Assembly: GCA_947628075.1 (NCBI GenBank)
Contig: CANQYF010000001.1
Location: 1-47,652 of the forward strand
Direction: 5' to 3'
From: an uncultured Bacilli bacterium
GTDB taxonomy: Bacteria > Bacillota_I > Bacilli_A > RF39 > UBA660
DNA length: 47,652 nucleotides
In this document: in pieces, positions 1-10,100 of the stretch
Layout of the letters: each line of letters starts with the position of its first letter
Position numbering within the stretch: position 1 is the first letter of the stretch
Notes under the pieces: model-generated
Database searches by the model: none
What the model was told of the DNA's origin: nothing
What the model saw: only the letters and a program-made list of their open reading frames with translations
Made by a program: the position numbers and the translations under genes

Positions 1-302
1 AACTTGTTTTTTTCTCCCATTTTCTCTTACAATTTACTTTTTCTTATTAAATTGTCATTTACTTTTTCATTTGAGTAAATTGGAAAAACTTTTCACTTTT
101 GTACTTTTTTGGTTCAATTGAAAAAACTTTTGAAAACTTTTGACATTTTTTTTACAACAATATTAAATATTAGAAATTATGATATTATTGCATGTCACCA
201 TAATGTAAATTTATTTAATTTAATAAACAAGTAAAAAAGAAGTATTACTGAACCTAAATGGTAGACATCAAAATATACTTCTTTTTTATAATTAGTTAAA
301 AG

Positions 303-1586
303 TTATTTCTTTTCTATCTTTTCCATTCCACCCATATAAGGTTGTAATGCTTTTGGAATTTTTATTGATCCATCCTCTTGATAATTGTTTTCAATTAAAG
401 CGATTAATCCTCTTGGAGAAGCCACTACTGTATTATTTAATGAGCATAAATATTTAGTTCCTTCTTCTCCTTTATATCTTACTTGTAATCTTCTAGTTTG
501 AGCATCACCTAAAATAGAACAAGAACCAACTTCAAAATATTTTTGTTGTCTTGGACTCCAAGCTTCAACATCACAAGATTTAACTTTCAAATCCGCTAAA
601 TCACCACTGCAACATTCTAGAGTTCTAACTGGTATATCTAAACTTCTAAAGAATTCTACTGTATAACTCCACATTTTGTTATACCAATCCATTCCATCTT
701 CCATTTTACATAAAACTACCATTTCTTGCTTTTCAAATTGGTGAACACGATATAATCCTCTTTCTTCGAGACCATGTGAACCACCTTCTTTTCTAAAACA
801 AGGAGAATAGCTAGTTAGTGTAATTGGTAATTCTTCTTCCTTAACTATTTGATTTATAAAACTTCCCATCATTGAATGTTCACTTGTACCAATTAAATAC
901 AAATCTTCACCTTCAATTTTATACATCATTGCTTCCATTTCTTTAAAAGACATAACTCCCGTTACAACATCACTTCTAATCATAAAGGGAGGAATTGCGT
1001 AGGTAAATCCTTTATTTATCATAAAATCTCTTGCATACGTTAAAAGAGCACTATGAAGTCTAGCAATATCCCCTTTTAAAAAGTAAAATCCTTCACCACT
1101 TGTTCTTCCAGCAGCCTCTTTATCAAGTCCGTTTAATGCGATACATATATCAGCATGATATGGTATTTCATATTTAGGAACTAAAGGCTCCCCAAATTTT
1201 TCAATTTCGACATTCTCTGTATCATCTTTACCAATTGGCACACTATCATCAATGATATTAGGAATAACCATCATTCTCTTTTTTATTTCTTCGGCTAAAG
1301 TTTCCTCTTCTTTTTCAAGTTCTGGTATTAAATTGTTAATTTCGGCCACTTTTTCTTTTATTTTAGTAGCTTCTTCTATTTTTTTATCTCGCATTAAAAG
1401 ACCAATTTCACTACTTAAATTATTTTTTTCACTACGTAAATTATCAGCTTTTGTTTTACATTCACGATATTTAATATCTAAATCATATACTTCATCAACT
1501 AAAGGTAATTTTTCATCTTGAAATTTTTTCTTAATATTTTCTTTTACTTTATCTTTTTCTTCTCTTATTAATCTTATATCTATCAT
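303..1586 (-). CDS. serS: seryl-tRNA synthetase
   Basis: 427-aa ORF with the N-terminal coiled-coil arm and class II core typical of SerRS. GGAGG RBS upstream and a T-box leader precedes it. Confidence 0.95.
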   Translation of the reverse strand: MIDIRLIREEKDKVKENIKKKFQDEKLPLVDEVYDLDIKYRECKTKADNLRSEKNNLSSEIGLLMRDKKIEEATKIKEKVAEINNLIPELEKEEETLAEEIKKRMMVIPNIIDDSVPIGKDDTENVEIEKFGEPLVPKYEIPYHADICIALNGLDKEAAGRTSGEGFYFLKGDIARLHSALLTYARDFMINKGFTYAIPPFMIRSDVVTGVMSFKEMEAMMYKIEGEDLYLIGTSEHSMMGSFINQIVKEEELPITLTSYSPCFRKEGGSHGLEERGLYRVHQFEKQEMVVLCKMEDGMDWYNKMWSYTVEFFRSLDIPVRTLECCSGDLADLKVKSCDVEAWSPRQQKYFEVGSCSILGDAQTRRLQVRYKGEEGTKYLCSLNNTVVASPRGLIALIENNYQEDGSIKIPKALQPYMGGMEKIEKK

Positions 1587-1596
1587 ATTTTCTTCC

Positions 1597-1800
1597 TCCT
1601 AAAACAAAAAGAATGATACTTAAGGAGTGCCTAAGCACGGTACCATCCTTTTTTTTACTTTAATTATTATAACGGCTTTGCCGGTATTTATTAAATACTC
1701 TCTGAAAGTAGATTCATTATATTTAAATTATTAGTTTTCACCATCCACTAACTCTCTTTAAATCTCTATATAATTACTATTCTTTCGTCATCAATTTAAT
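1597..1800 (-). promoter_or_regulatory. T-box leader controlling serS (inferred UCU Ser specifier)
   Basis: The minus strand reads TTGATGACG (K-turn), AGAGAG, GGTGAAA (distal loop), GAA-TCT-A (specifier context), then AAAGGATGGTACCGTG (T-box motif, about 1636-1652). A GTGC-TTAG-GCAC hairpin and T-run follow before the RBS. Confidence 0.8.
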
Positions 1801-1822
1801 ATTATTATTTATTATGTTTTAA

Positions 1823-2032
1823 TTATTGAAATCTATTCATTTCTCTCATAACTTGTTTAATTTGTTTTTGGCTAGGCTTTCTACCCATACTGCTCATCAT
1901 AGTTTCAATCATTTTTTCATTAATTGGGGGATTTTTTGTTAAATATTTTTTAGTTACTATTCTAGAAATTAAAAAGCCCACTATAATTCCTCCAATTAAA
2001 CCACCAATTAAATATAAAATATTTGCAAGCAT
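1823..2032 (-). CDS. yneF: UPF0154 (YneF-family) small membrane protein
   Basis: 69 aa with an N-terminal TM helix, then KNPPINEKMIETMMSSMGRKPSQKQIKQVMREMN. This closely matches the B. subtilis YneF pattern. Confidence 0.85.
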   Translation of the reverse strand: MLANILYLIGGLIGGIIVGFLISRIVTKKYLTKNPPINEKMIETMMSSMGRKPSQKQIKQVMREMNRFQ

Positions 2033-2451
2033 TATTTATTCTTTCCTTTCTTTTCTTTTTTGAGTAAATCTCTAATTTCTTCTAATAGTAAAACTTCATC
2101 GCTTTTAACTATTACTTCTTCTTTCTTTTCCTCTTCTTTATGCTTTTTACCAATCTTACGAGCTTCATTATTAAGTTTATTCATAATTTTAACAATTATA
2201 AACAAGCATAATGCTGTTATTAAAAAATCTATAATATTTTGAACAAAAGCTCCATATAATATTTGAGCATTTCCAAGTTTAATTGAAAGACTAGAAAAAT
2301 TAACTCCACCCAAAACCATACCGATAATTGGGCCAAAAATGTTATCCACTAAACTAGTAACAATTTTACTAAATGCTCCACCAATAATAACACCTACTGC
2401 TAAATCTACAACATTACCTCTAGCAATAAATTCTTTAAATTCTTTAAACAT
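2032..2451 (-). CDS. mscL: large-conductance mechanosensitive channel
   Basis: 139 aa. The N-terminus FKEFIARGNVVDLAVGVIIGGAFSKIV is the MscL signature. Confidence 0.93.
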   Translation of the reverse strand: MFKEFKEFIARGNVVDLAVGVIIGGAFSKIVTSLVDNIFGPIIGMVLGGVNFSSLSIKLGNAQILYGAFVQNIIDFLITALCLFIIVKIMNKLNNEARKIGKKHKEEEKKEEVIVKSDEVLLLEEIRDLLKKEKKGKNK

Positions 2452-2529
2452 CTAATCACCTATACTTTATTTTAGTATAATTTCTATGTTTATGCAATAA
2501 AAAGAAGTTATTAACTTCTTTCTATTGCA

Positions 2530-3738
2530 TTATTCATCCACTATTGAATTCAATTGAACAATAAAAGGATGACTAGCGGTCCCTTCACCATCAATAATCT
2601 CTACAAATTTATTTAAATAGACAACAGGATAAATATTTCCCCTGTTAGTAACCTCAATTTTGAATATATTATCTTTATTTTCTACAAACCAAACATCATA
2701 AATATTTTGTATCTCTCTTCCATATCTTGTCATTGTCCAAGCATTTGTTAAAGTTTCTAACATCCAATTATTGGTTTGATATAAAGACGTTACACCAGCA
2801 GCTAGGTAGAAATCACTTAAATATGGAAGTCCAACGATTAAATCTCCCGTAGTTTTAATCATACTTTCTTGATAATAAACATCTTCTCCGAATGAATTAT
2901 ACGCCACATCGATGATACTTTTTACTAGCCCTTGATTCCAATTCATTTCTTCAAAATAATTATGGTAATCTCTTAATCCTCCATATTCTTGTTCATTAAG
3001 GAAACCACCATTTAACATATCCGCTATATCAGCAGCATTGCTAGTACCACCAAGTCCCCATATTACTTCTTCTACTTCAGCATTATTATGCCATTTAAAA
3101 CTTTTAGTACCACCCATGTCATAAGGATAAGCTTTTATTACTTTTATAAGATTATCACCAGTTATACCAATTATGCGATACATATATTTTTCTTTTTCTA
3201 ATACACAATCTGCTGATGACTTTGTACTAATACAAATATAATTATTTACTTCATTACTTTTACCAACAAAACGATATTCAAGCTCATCACCATCAAAACT
3301 TTTTTCCAAACCAGCTTGATTAGAATTAACTAAATCTTTAGCTGTACCCCCATTAAATTTACCATTGCTTTTATCAAAATATAAATAACAATAGCAAGTT
3401 TCATCTGTTTCAACAATAGCAGTTTTATTTGCTTCATCAAATTTTAAAATATTTTCTTTAACTATTTTATTTCCATCTTTATCAAGACACTCTGATTTTA
3501 ATTTATTAAGTGTATAACCATCTGGCCAAATATCAGATGACGATTCTTCATAAGTATTACTATTAATATCGGTTTCTAACATAAGAGCAAAAACGTTATG
3601 GTTAACTACATTGTTATTTTGAAGTTCATCTAACTTTTGATTTTTATTTACATTCAATAATGAAAATATTGTTATGGCTATTCCCAATACTATTATTGAT
3701 ATGATAATTAATATCTTTTTATTTTGTTTTTTAACCAT
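2530..3738 (-). CDS. hypothetical N-terminally membrane-anchored extracellular protein
   Basis: 402 aa with a Lys-rich N-terminus plus one TM helix (KKILIIISIIVLGIAITIFSLL) and no lipobox Cys. The rest is hydrophilic. No family recognised with certainty. Confidence 0.6.
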   Translation of the reverse strand: MVKKQNKKILIIISIIVLGIAITIFSLLNVNKNQKLDELQNNNVVNHNVFALMLETDINSNTYEESSSDIWPDGYTLNKLKSECLDKDGNKIVKENILKFDEANKTAIVETDETCYCYLYFDKSNGKFNGGTAKDLVNSNQAGLEKSFDGDELEYRFVGKSNEVNNYICISTKSSADCVLEKEKYMYRIIGITGDNLIKVIKAYPYDMGGTKSFKWHNNAEVEEVIWGLGGTSNAADIADMLNGGFLNEQEYGGLRDYHNYFEEMNWNQGLVKSIIDVAYNSFGEDVYYQESMIKTTGDLIVGLPYLSDFYLAAGVTSLYQTNNWMLETLTNAWTMTRYGREIQNIYDVWFVENKDNIFKIEVTNRGNIYPVVYLNKFVEIIDGEGTASHPFIVQLNSIVDE

Positions 3739-3901
3739 AATATTCCTCCTTTTTATTAATAAATTTAAGCAAAACTATCATTTAATTTTTGCAATAAAAG
3801 GATCATTTTTTCTATGATTGCTTTTTTATTTTAGCATCAAAAATAAAATGTCTTATTTATTTTCTTACATTCGTTTTTTATACCATGGATATTCTAAATT
3901 A

Positions 3902-3930
3902 ATTATAGTAATTTAACAAATATTTGTCAA
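3902..3930 (-). promoter_or_regulatory. consensus sigma-A-type promoter for the 402-aa surface protein gene
   Basis: The minus strand reads TTGACA (3930-3925), a 17-nt spacer, then TATAAT (3907-3902). Confidence 0.6.
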
Positions 3931-3932
3931 TA

Positions 3933-3976
3933 TTCCATTTTTTATCATTGTCAATTCCATTTTTTATCATTGTCAA
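3933..3976 (-). repeat. perfect 22-bp tandem direct repeat (x2), each copy containing TTGACA
   Basis: The plus strand TTCCATTTTTTATCATTGTCAA occurs at 3933-3954 and again at 3955-3976. A third TTGTCAA at 3924-3930 is the promoter -35. Confidence 0.9.
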
Positions 3977-3984
3977 TAAGTGCT

Positions 3985-4011
3985 TAAAAAAAATATCACC
4001 CAAAAGTGATA
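3985..4011 (-). terminator. intrinsic terminator after mutL
   Basis: Hairpin ATATCAC / GTGATAT (3992-4011) followed on the minus strand by a T8 run. Confidence 0.7.
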
Positions 4012-5724
4012 TTAATTCATTGCTCTTTTAAACATTTTTTCTAATTCATAAATACTAAATTTAATAATTGTAGGTCTACCATGTGGACAATTATATGGAT
4101 TATCACATTTTACTAAATTTTTTAATAATCCTTCAATTTCTAACATAGATATATGTTCATTAGCTTTAATTGCCATCTTACAAGCAAGTGTAATGGCGAC
4201 ACTTTCTCTAAACTTAATAACATCAAAATCTCCATTTGTAGCAATAATTAAATCAATTATTTTTCTTATTGATTCTTCTTCATAACCTGTTTTTAACCAA
4301 AATGGGTGAGCTTTTACTAAAATGGTGTTGATACCAAATTCTTCCCAAACAAATCCCATATCATCAAAAATTTGATGATTATTTTTAAAAGAAATAAATT
4401 CACTATGAGATAACTCGATACTTATAGGGATAAGTAAATTAGTAATAGAGATTTTTTCTTCTTTTAAAGCTTCTACATAATTTTCATAATTTACTCTTTC
4501 TTGAGCAGCATGTTGATCAATTAAATATATTCCCTCTTCATTTTCACAAACAATATATGTTCCTAAACATAATCCAACCGGATATAAAACTAAACTTTTA
4601 AATTCTTCATTTTTAATAGGTTCTTCTTTTTTCTTTTCTCCAAAATCAAAAGTTTTTTGTGTTCCAATTATATCTTTAAAATCACTTAAAGATTCATCTT
4701 TTTTTTCTTGAACTGGCTCCATACTTATATTAGGTATTAATAAAGAATCATATAAAGCGTTTTTTATTGTCTTATATAATAAATCATATAAACTATCTAT
4801 TTTACTTAATTTAACATCTTGTTTAGTAGGATGAATATTAACATCTACTAAAGTAGGATCTGTTTCAATATTAATAACCACGATCGGATATTTACCATCA
4901 GGTTTATATGTATAATAAGCATCATTAATGGCGCGATTAATATCATTATTACGAACAACTCTTCCATTAATGAAAGTAACCATATGCGAACGACTAGCTT
5001 TTAAAATCTCTGGTCTACAAACATAACCATTTATTTCGTAATCATCATTTAAAGCTTTAATAGGTAGCATTTTACTTGACACACTACTACCATATATTTC
5101 ATGAATACATTTAAGTAAATCATTACTACCACTTGTTCTTACAACAATTTTATCATTATTAGTTAAAGTAAAGGCAATATTGGGTTTGCAAAGAGCTAGT
5201 TTTTCAATAAAACTTACGGTATTAGCTAACTCTGTTTGTTCACTTTTTAAATATTTTAAACGAGCAGGAGTATTATAAAACAAATTAGTAATGGTTATTT
5301 TTGTTCCTACTCGGGCAGCACTGTTTCCTTTTTCTAATATTTCTCCCCCTTTTAAATGGATAAAAGTTCCTACTTCATCTTGACATGTTTCTAAAGTTAC
5401 TTCGGAAACACTAGCGATAGATGGTAAAGCCTCACCACGAAAGCCCAAAGTATTTATAAAAAATAAATCATCATCTTTATAAATTTTACTAGTGGCATGT
5501 CTTAAAAAAGCATTAGCGGCATCAACTGCATCCATGCCAACGCCATTATCAATAACAGAAATTTTTTCTAAGCCACCCTTAACTAAATTTATTTTAATAT
5601 TAGAGGCCTTCGCATCAATCGAATTTTCCACTAACTCTTTAACTACAGATGCACATTTTTCTACCACTTCACCTGCTGCTATTTTATTAGCAAGCGTTTC
5701 ATTCATAACTTTTATAACACTCAT
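4012..5724 (-). CDS. mutL: DNA mismatch repair protein MutL
   Basis: NKIAAGEVVEKCASVVKELVENSIDA GHKL ATPase motif, and a C-terminal endonuclease region ending CPHGRPTIIKFSIYELEKMFKR. Start moved to MSVIKVMNE (5724), which aligns with Bacillus MutL. The track ORF extends to 5733. Confidence 0.93.
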   Translation of the reverse strand: MSVIKVMNETLANKIAAGEVVEKCASVVKELVENSIDAKASNIKINLVKGGLEKISVIDNGVGMDAVDAANAFLRHATSKIYKDDDLFFINTLGFRGEALPSIASVSEVTLETCQDEVGTFIHLKGGEILEKGNSAARVGTKITITNLFYNTPARLKYLKSEQTELANTVSFIEKLALCKPNIAFTLTNNDKIVVRTSGSNDLLKCIHEIYGSSVSSKMLPIKALNDDYEINGYVCRPEILKASRSHMVTFINGRVVRNNDINRAINDAYYTYKPDGKYPIVVINIETDPTLVDVNIHPTKQDVKLSKIDSLYDLLYKTIKNALYDSLLIPNISMEPVQEKKDESLSDFKDIIGTQKTFDFGEKKKEEPIKNEEFKSLVLYPVGLCLGTYIVCENEEGIYLIDQHAAQERVNYENYVEALKEEKISITNLLIPISIELSHSEFISFKNNHQIFDDMGFVWEEFGINTILVKAHPFWLKTGYEEESIRKIIDLIIATNGDFDVIKFRESVAITLACKMAIKANEHISMLEIEGLLKNLVKCDNPYNCPHGRPTIIKFSIYELEKMFKRAMN

Positions 5725-5739
5725 TACTACCATCCTACT

Positions 5740-6618
5740 TCATTCTATAACGGAATTTCTAATCTCTAATTCTTGATTTGCTTCAAGATAAGTATTTGCT
5801 TTTACATAGATAAAGCCTTTATTAAAAAGAATTATATCTGTATCATTATTAATATGTAATTTATAATTTAAATTAATATTTTCTTTTTTACTAGTTATGT
5901 TTATATTACTACTTAAAAAACAAGTTATATTACCTTTACCTTTTAATTTTAAATCTCCAATTGTTAGAACGAAATCTTCTTTTAAACTTTTGGTTATAAC
6001 TTTAATATTATCATAAGAATCATAATCATTTAAACAAAGACCCGGGGTATCATATATTACATAATTATCTTTTTTTAATTTTACAAAATCTAAAGTTGTA
6101 TTACTATATTTACTTGTTGTAAGATTAGAAGAAAATACTTTATTTATTAAAGTCGATTTACCTGATGATGTTTCCCCACATATAATTACTTCTTTATGCA
6201 TTTCTACTAAATCTATAATACTATTTAAATACCAACTTTTTTTGGCACTTATAAACATAACATCCGAAATTCCATATATTTTTTTAATATTTTTTTCTAA
6301 ATTTTCTAATTTTAAATTATTAGGTATTAAATCACATTTATTAATAACTAAAATTTTCTCATTATTTATTGCTTTAAAGGTATTTATTAATTTTGCATTA
6401 ATACTTAAAAAATCAGTTATAAAAATTGTAAAAATTCCTAATTTATTAATTTTATTAATAATATTTTCATTGTTTGTATTAAAAACTTTAATATTTTCAT
6501 TATAATTTCTAATCCGAAAACAACGTTTGCAATATTTATGTTCTAAATTAATAACATATCCTACTTTATCGGGATCTTCATTTTGCAGTTTTATTCCACA
6601 GCCAAGACATTTACTCAT
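5740..6618 (-). CDS. yqeH: ribosome-biogenesis GTPase YqeH (circularly permuted)
   Basis: N-terminal Zn-ribbon CLGCG...CKRCF, NKCD before GETSSGKST (permuted G4-G1 order), and DTPG. Confidence 0.85.
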   Translation of the reverse strand: MSKCLGCGIKLQNEDPDKVGYVINLEHKYCKRCFRIRNYNENIKVFNTNNENIINKINKLGIFTIFITDFLSINAKLINTFKAINNEKILVINKCDLIPNNLKLENLEKNIKKIYGISDVMFISAKKSWYLNSIIDLVEMHKEVIICGETSSGKSTLINKVFSSNLTTSKYSNTTLDFVKLKKDNYVIYDTPGLCLNDYDSYDNIKVITKSLKEDFVLTIGDLKLKGKGNITCFLSSNINITSKKENINLNYKLHINNDTDIILFNKGFIYVKANTYLEANQELEIRNSVIE

Positions 6619-7129
6619 AATAATTCCCCTTAATTAAAATATCTTGTTTATTTAATCTTTTAATTATTTTACTTTCCAAATATCTTTCTACTCTGGTATG
6701 AAATGGTTCATTTTCAGAAATAGCATTTACTAAGATAGTTGTAAAACCCATTTTATTACCACCATATACGTCTGTTAAAAGCTCATCACCGATCATTGCC
6801 ACTTCCGTATCTTGAAAATTATACATATTAATAATTTTTTTAAATTTATATTTGAAAGGTTTTCTAGCTGAATAAGCAGCATCAATATTTAATTTTTCTT
6901 TAAACGGTCTTATTCTATTTTTTGAACTATTGGAAACAATAATAACTTTAAAATTCTTTTCTAACTCAAATATTAATTCTCTTAATTTATCATCTGGATA
7001 ATCTATATCATAACTTACTAATGTATTATTTAAATCAAATAGTAAACATTTAATTCCCCTTTTTTTTAATTTTTTATAATTTATTGTATAAATACTTTGC
7101 ATATATATATCTGGTATAAAATTATCCAT
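6611..7129 (-). CDS. yqeG: YqeG-family HAD-IIIA phosphatase
   Basis: LLFDLNNTL (DxD-type motif I region), IVSNSS, and MIGDELLTDVYGGNKMG. It overlaps yqeH by 8 nt, as in the Bacillus yqeG-yqeH operon. Confidence 0.85.
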   Translation of the reverse strand: MDNFIPDIYMQSIYTINYKKLKKRGIKCLLFDLNNTLVSYDIDYPDDKLRELIFELEKNFKVIIVSNSSKNRIRPFKEKLNIDAAYSARKPFKYKFKKIINMYNFQDTEVAMIGDELLTDVYGGNKMGFTTILVNAISENEPFHTRVERYLESKIIKRLNKQDILIKGNYYE

Positions 7130-7175
7130 AATTAATATCCTTTCTCTTATTTGATAATTATAACATTACTCTATT

Positions 7176-10100
7176 TTAAAATAAACTTAATTGTGCTGAT
7201 TCCGGCATATCTTTAAATACTCCTAAAGCTCTTAATTTATCCATTGTGGAAACATTAACTTTACCACGTTCTTGAAAATCTTCAATACAGAAAAATTCTT
7301 TTTTATTTCTTTCATCAACTATTTGATTAGCTACGGCATCGCCAAGACCATCTAGGGATCTAAAAGGAGAAATTAAAGTTTTACCATCGTCATCAATAAC
7401 ATAATTTTTAGCTTCACTTCTTTTTATATCGATATTACCAAATTTAAATCCCCTTGCTGTGGCCTCTAAAGCTAATTTTAATGTTTCTAAAAGCGATGTT
7501 TCTTTACTAGTGGCCTCATATCCTTTACCAACTATTTCATTAATGCGAGCTCTTATAGCATCATAACCTTTTATCATAGTATCAATTTCAAAATCATCAA
7601 ATCTTGTTGAAAAATAAGAAGCATAATACTCGGCTGGATAATGAACTTTAAAATAAGCAATTCGAAAAGCACTCATAACATAAGCAGCAGCGTGGGCTTT
7701 AGGGAACATATATTTAATTTTTTGACAAGAATCAATATACCAATCTGGTATTCCCGCTTCAATCATTGTTTGTTTATGTTTTTCCCAAGTCTCAGCTTCT
7801 TTTGGTTTAGAAGCTTTACCTTTTCTAACAAATTCCATAATTTTAAAAGCTTTTATAGGTTCCATACCACATTGAATTAAATAAACCATAATATCGTCAC
7901 GACACCCAATTACCTCTTTAAAAGGAACAACTCCTTTTCTTATTAATTCTTGAGCATTACCAAGCCATACATCAGTTCCGTGCGATAGCCCCGAAATTTT
8001 AATTAATTCACTAAAAGTAGTTGGTTTTGTATCTTTTAACATACCAATCGTAAAAGGAGTTCCAAATTCAGGCACTCCCAAAGTACCAGTATCATTCATT
8101 ATTTGTTCTTTTGTTACCCCAAGAGGCTCTGGAGTCAAAAATAATTTCATAGTTTCAGGGTCATCAAATGGTACAGTTTTAACATCAACATGAGTTAAAT
8201 CTTGTAACATTCTTAATTGAGTGGGATCGGTATGACCTAAAATATCTAGTTTTAAAACATCTTGATCAATTGCGTGATAATCAAAATGCGTTGTCCGCCA
8301 GGCAGCATCGACATCTTCTGCTGGATATTGATAAGGTGTAAAATCAAAAACATCCATATAACCAGGAATAACAACAATACCTCCTGGGTGTTGACCAGTT
8401 GTTCTTTTTACTCCAACACAACCTGCCGCTAGTCTTTCAATTTCGACATTACGCATAATTATCCCTTTATCTTCGCAATAGCCTTTAACAAAACCATAAG
8501 CAGTTTTCTCCGCCACCGTTCCTATTGTACCTGCCCGATAGACATTATCTTCACCAAATAATACTTTGGTATATTCATGAGCAGCGGCTTGATTTAAATC
8601 TGAAAAATTTAAATCGATATCAGGAACTTTATCAGCATTAAATCCTAAGAAAGTAGCAAAAGGCATATCTTCCCCATCTTTAATCATTTTAGTTCCACAT
8701 TTTGGACAATCTTTATCAGGTAAATCAAAACCAATACCATATTCAATTGATAAATCTTCACCTTTTTCATTTTTAAAAATAGAATGTTTACATTTTGGAC
8801 AACGATAATGACTAGGTAATGGATTAACTTCTGTTATGCCCATCATAGTAGCTACAAAAGAAGATCCAACTGAACCACGTGATCCAACTAAAAAGCCATC
8901 ATCATTACTCTTTTTAACTAATTTTTGCGCAATTAAATATATAACATCAAATCCACCCCCAATAATTCCTTTTAATTCTTGTTCAATGCGATCTTGAATA
9001 TTACTAGGTAGAGGATCTCCATACCAATCTTTAGCTTTTGTATAGACCATTTCTTCAACAATTTCTTTAGAATTTTCGATTCTAGGTGAAAAAGGAACAC
9101 CACCAGTTTCAATAATTACTTCCACTATTTCACACATATCGGCAATTTTATTAGGATTAGTAACCACAATTTCTTTGGCCTTATCTTCTCCTAAAAAGGA
9201 AAAAGCATCTAACATTTCTTTCGTCGTATAAAAATGCATATCCGGTACTTCTAACCCTTTTTTATTTAAAGGATGTAGTTTACCATTAGTTTTTTGAGCA
9301 ATAATTATATCTCGATAAATTTTATCTTCTTTCTTCAAATGATGAACATCCCCAGTAGCACATACCATAACTCCGGCTTCAGAAGCAACTCTTACTATTT
9401 TTTTTATTTGAGTATAAATATCCGCTAAACTATTTACTCTACTAGAATCTAAATTGATTAAATAAGAATAAACTTCAGGTGGTTGCACTTCAATATAATC
9501 ATAATATTGCATCATTTTAGCTAATTCTTCATCTTCTTTAGTAAAAGCGGCTTCAAAAATTTCCCCATTCACACAACCACTACCAAAAATTAAACCTTCA
9601 CGATAATTATTAAGTTCATTTCTTGGTAATTTACATTGATCACCCCGATATAAATATTTAGTATTAGCAAAACTTATAATTTTAAATAAATTCTTTAAAC
9701 CAACTTTATTTTTTACTAATACAGACATATGAAATGGGCGTGAAAATTTTATCAATTCTTCTTGATTAACCGAATTATATAATTTTTGAGTAGTTTCAAT
9801 GTTACGATTAGAAAGAACTTGTGCCATTTTATAAAAGGCAATAGCGGTACCTTCACTATCATAGTCACCACGGTGATGACTATCTTCATCCCATGGCACT
9901 TGTAATTCTTTAACTAATGTTGACAATTTATGATTTTTCCAATTAGGATAGAGCATTCTAGCCATACTCATTGTATCCACAACTGTGTTTTTAAATTCAC
10001 CTAAATTATATTTATTCATGGCAGCACTAATAAAACCAATATCAAACTTGGCATTATGAGCTACCATTGGTTTATTTTCTACAAATGTTAAAAATCTTTT

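Noticed and set aside
1-20. A possible minus-strand gene start at the left edge (ATGGGAGAAAAAAACAAGTT reading out of the window).
   Set aside because: Only about 20 nt are visible and the RBS (AGAGAAA) is weak. There is too little sequence to support a feature.
1252-1521. Plus-strand ORFs in the track that lie entirely antisense to long minus-strand genes. Examples are 1252-1521, 2060-2242, 5492-5776, 6242-6505, 7641-7880, 11987-12199, 13163-13420, 15412-15594, 17897-18109, 26732-26914, 28570-28806, 29521-29784, 32252-32710, 36654-36857, 39624-39929, 42433-42714, 45436-45723 and 46604-46852.
   Set aside because: They are shadow ORFs of well-supported genes on the opposite strand. Their composition is S/F/L/I-rich and low-complexity, as expected from the reverse complement of K/E/N-rich AT-rich coding sequence. 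They have no RBS and no recognisable family. ORF 46604-46852 also runs across a promoter, the poly-C tract and into a tRNA.
4012-5724. mutL without an adjacent mutS, as evidence of a decayed mismatch-repair system.
   Set aside because: MutL looks intact, with both the ATPase and the endonuclease motifs present. mutS may simply be encoded elsewhere, and the window cannot decide this.
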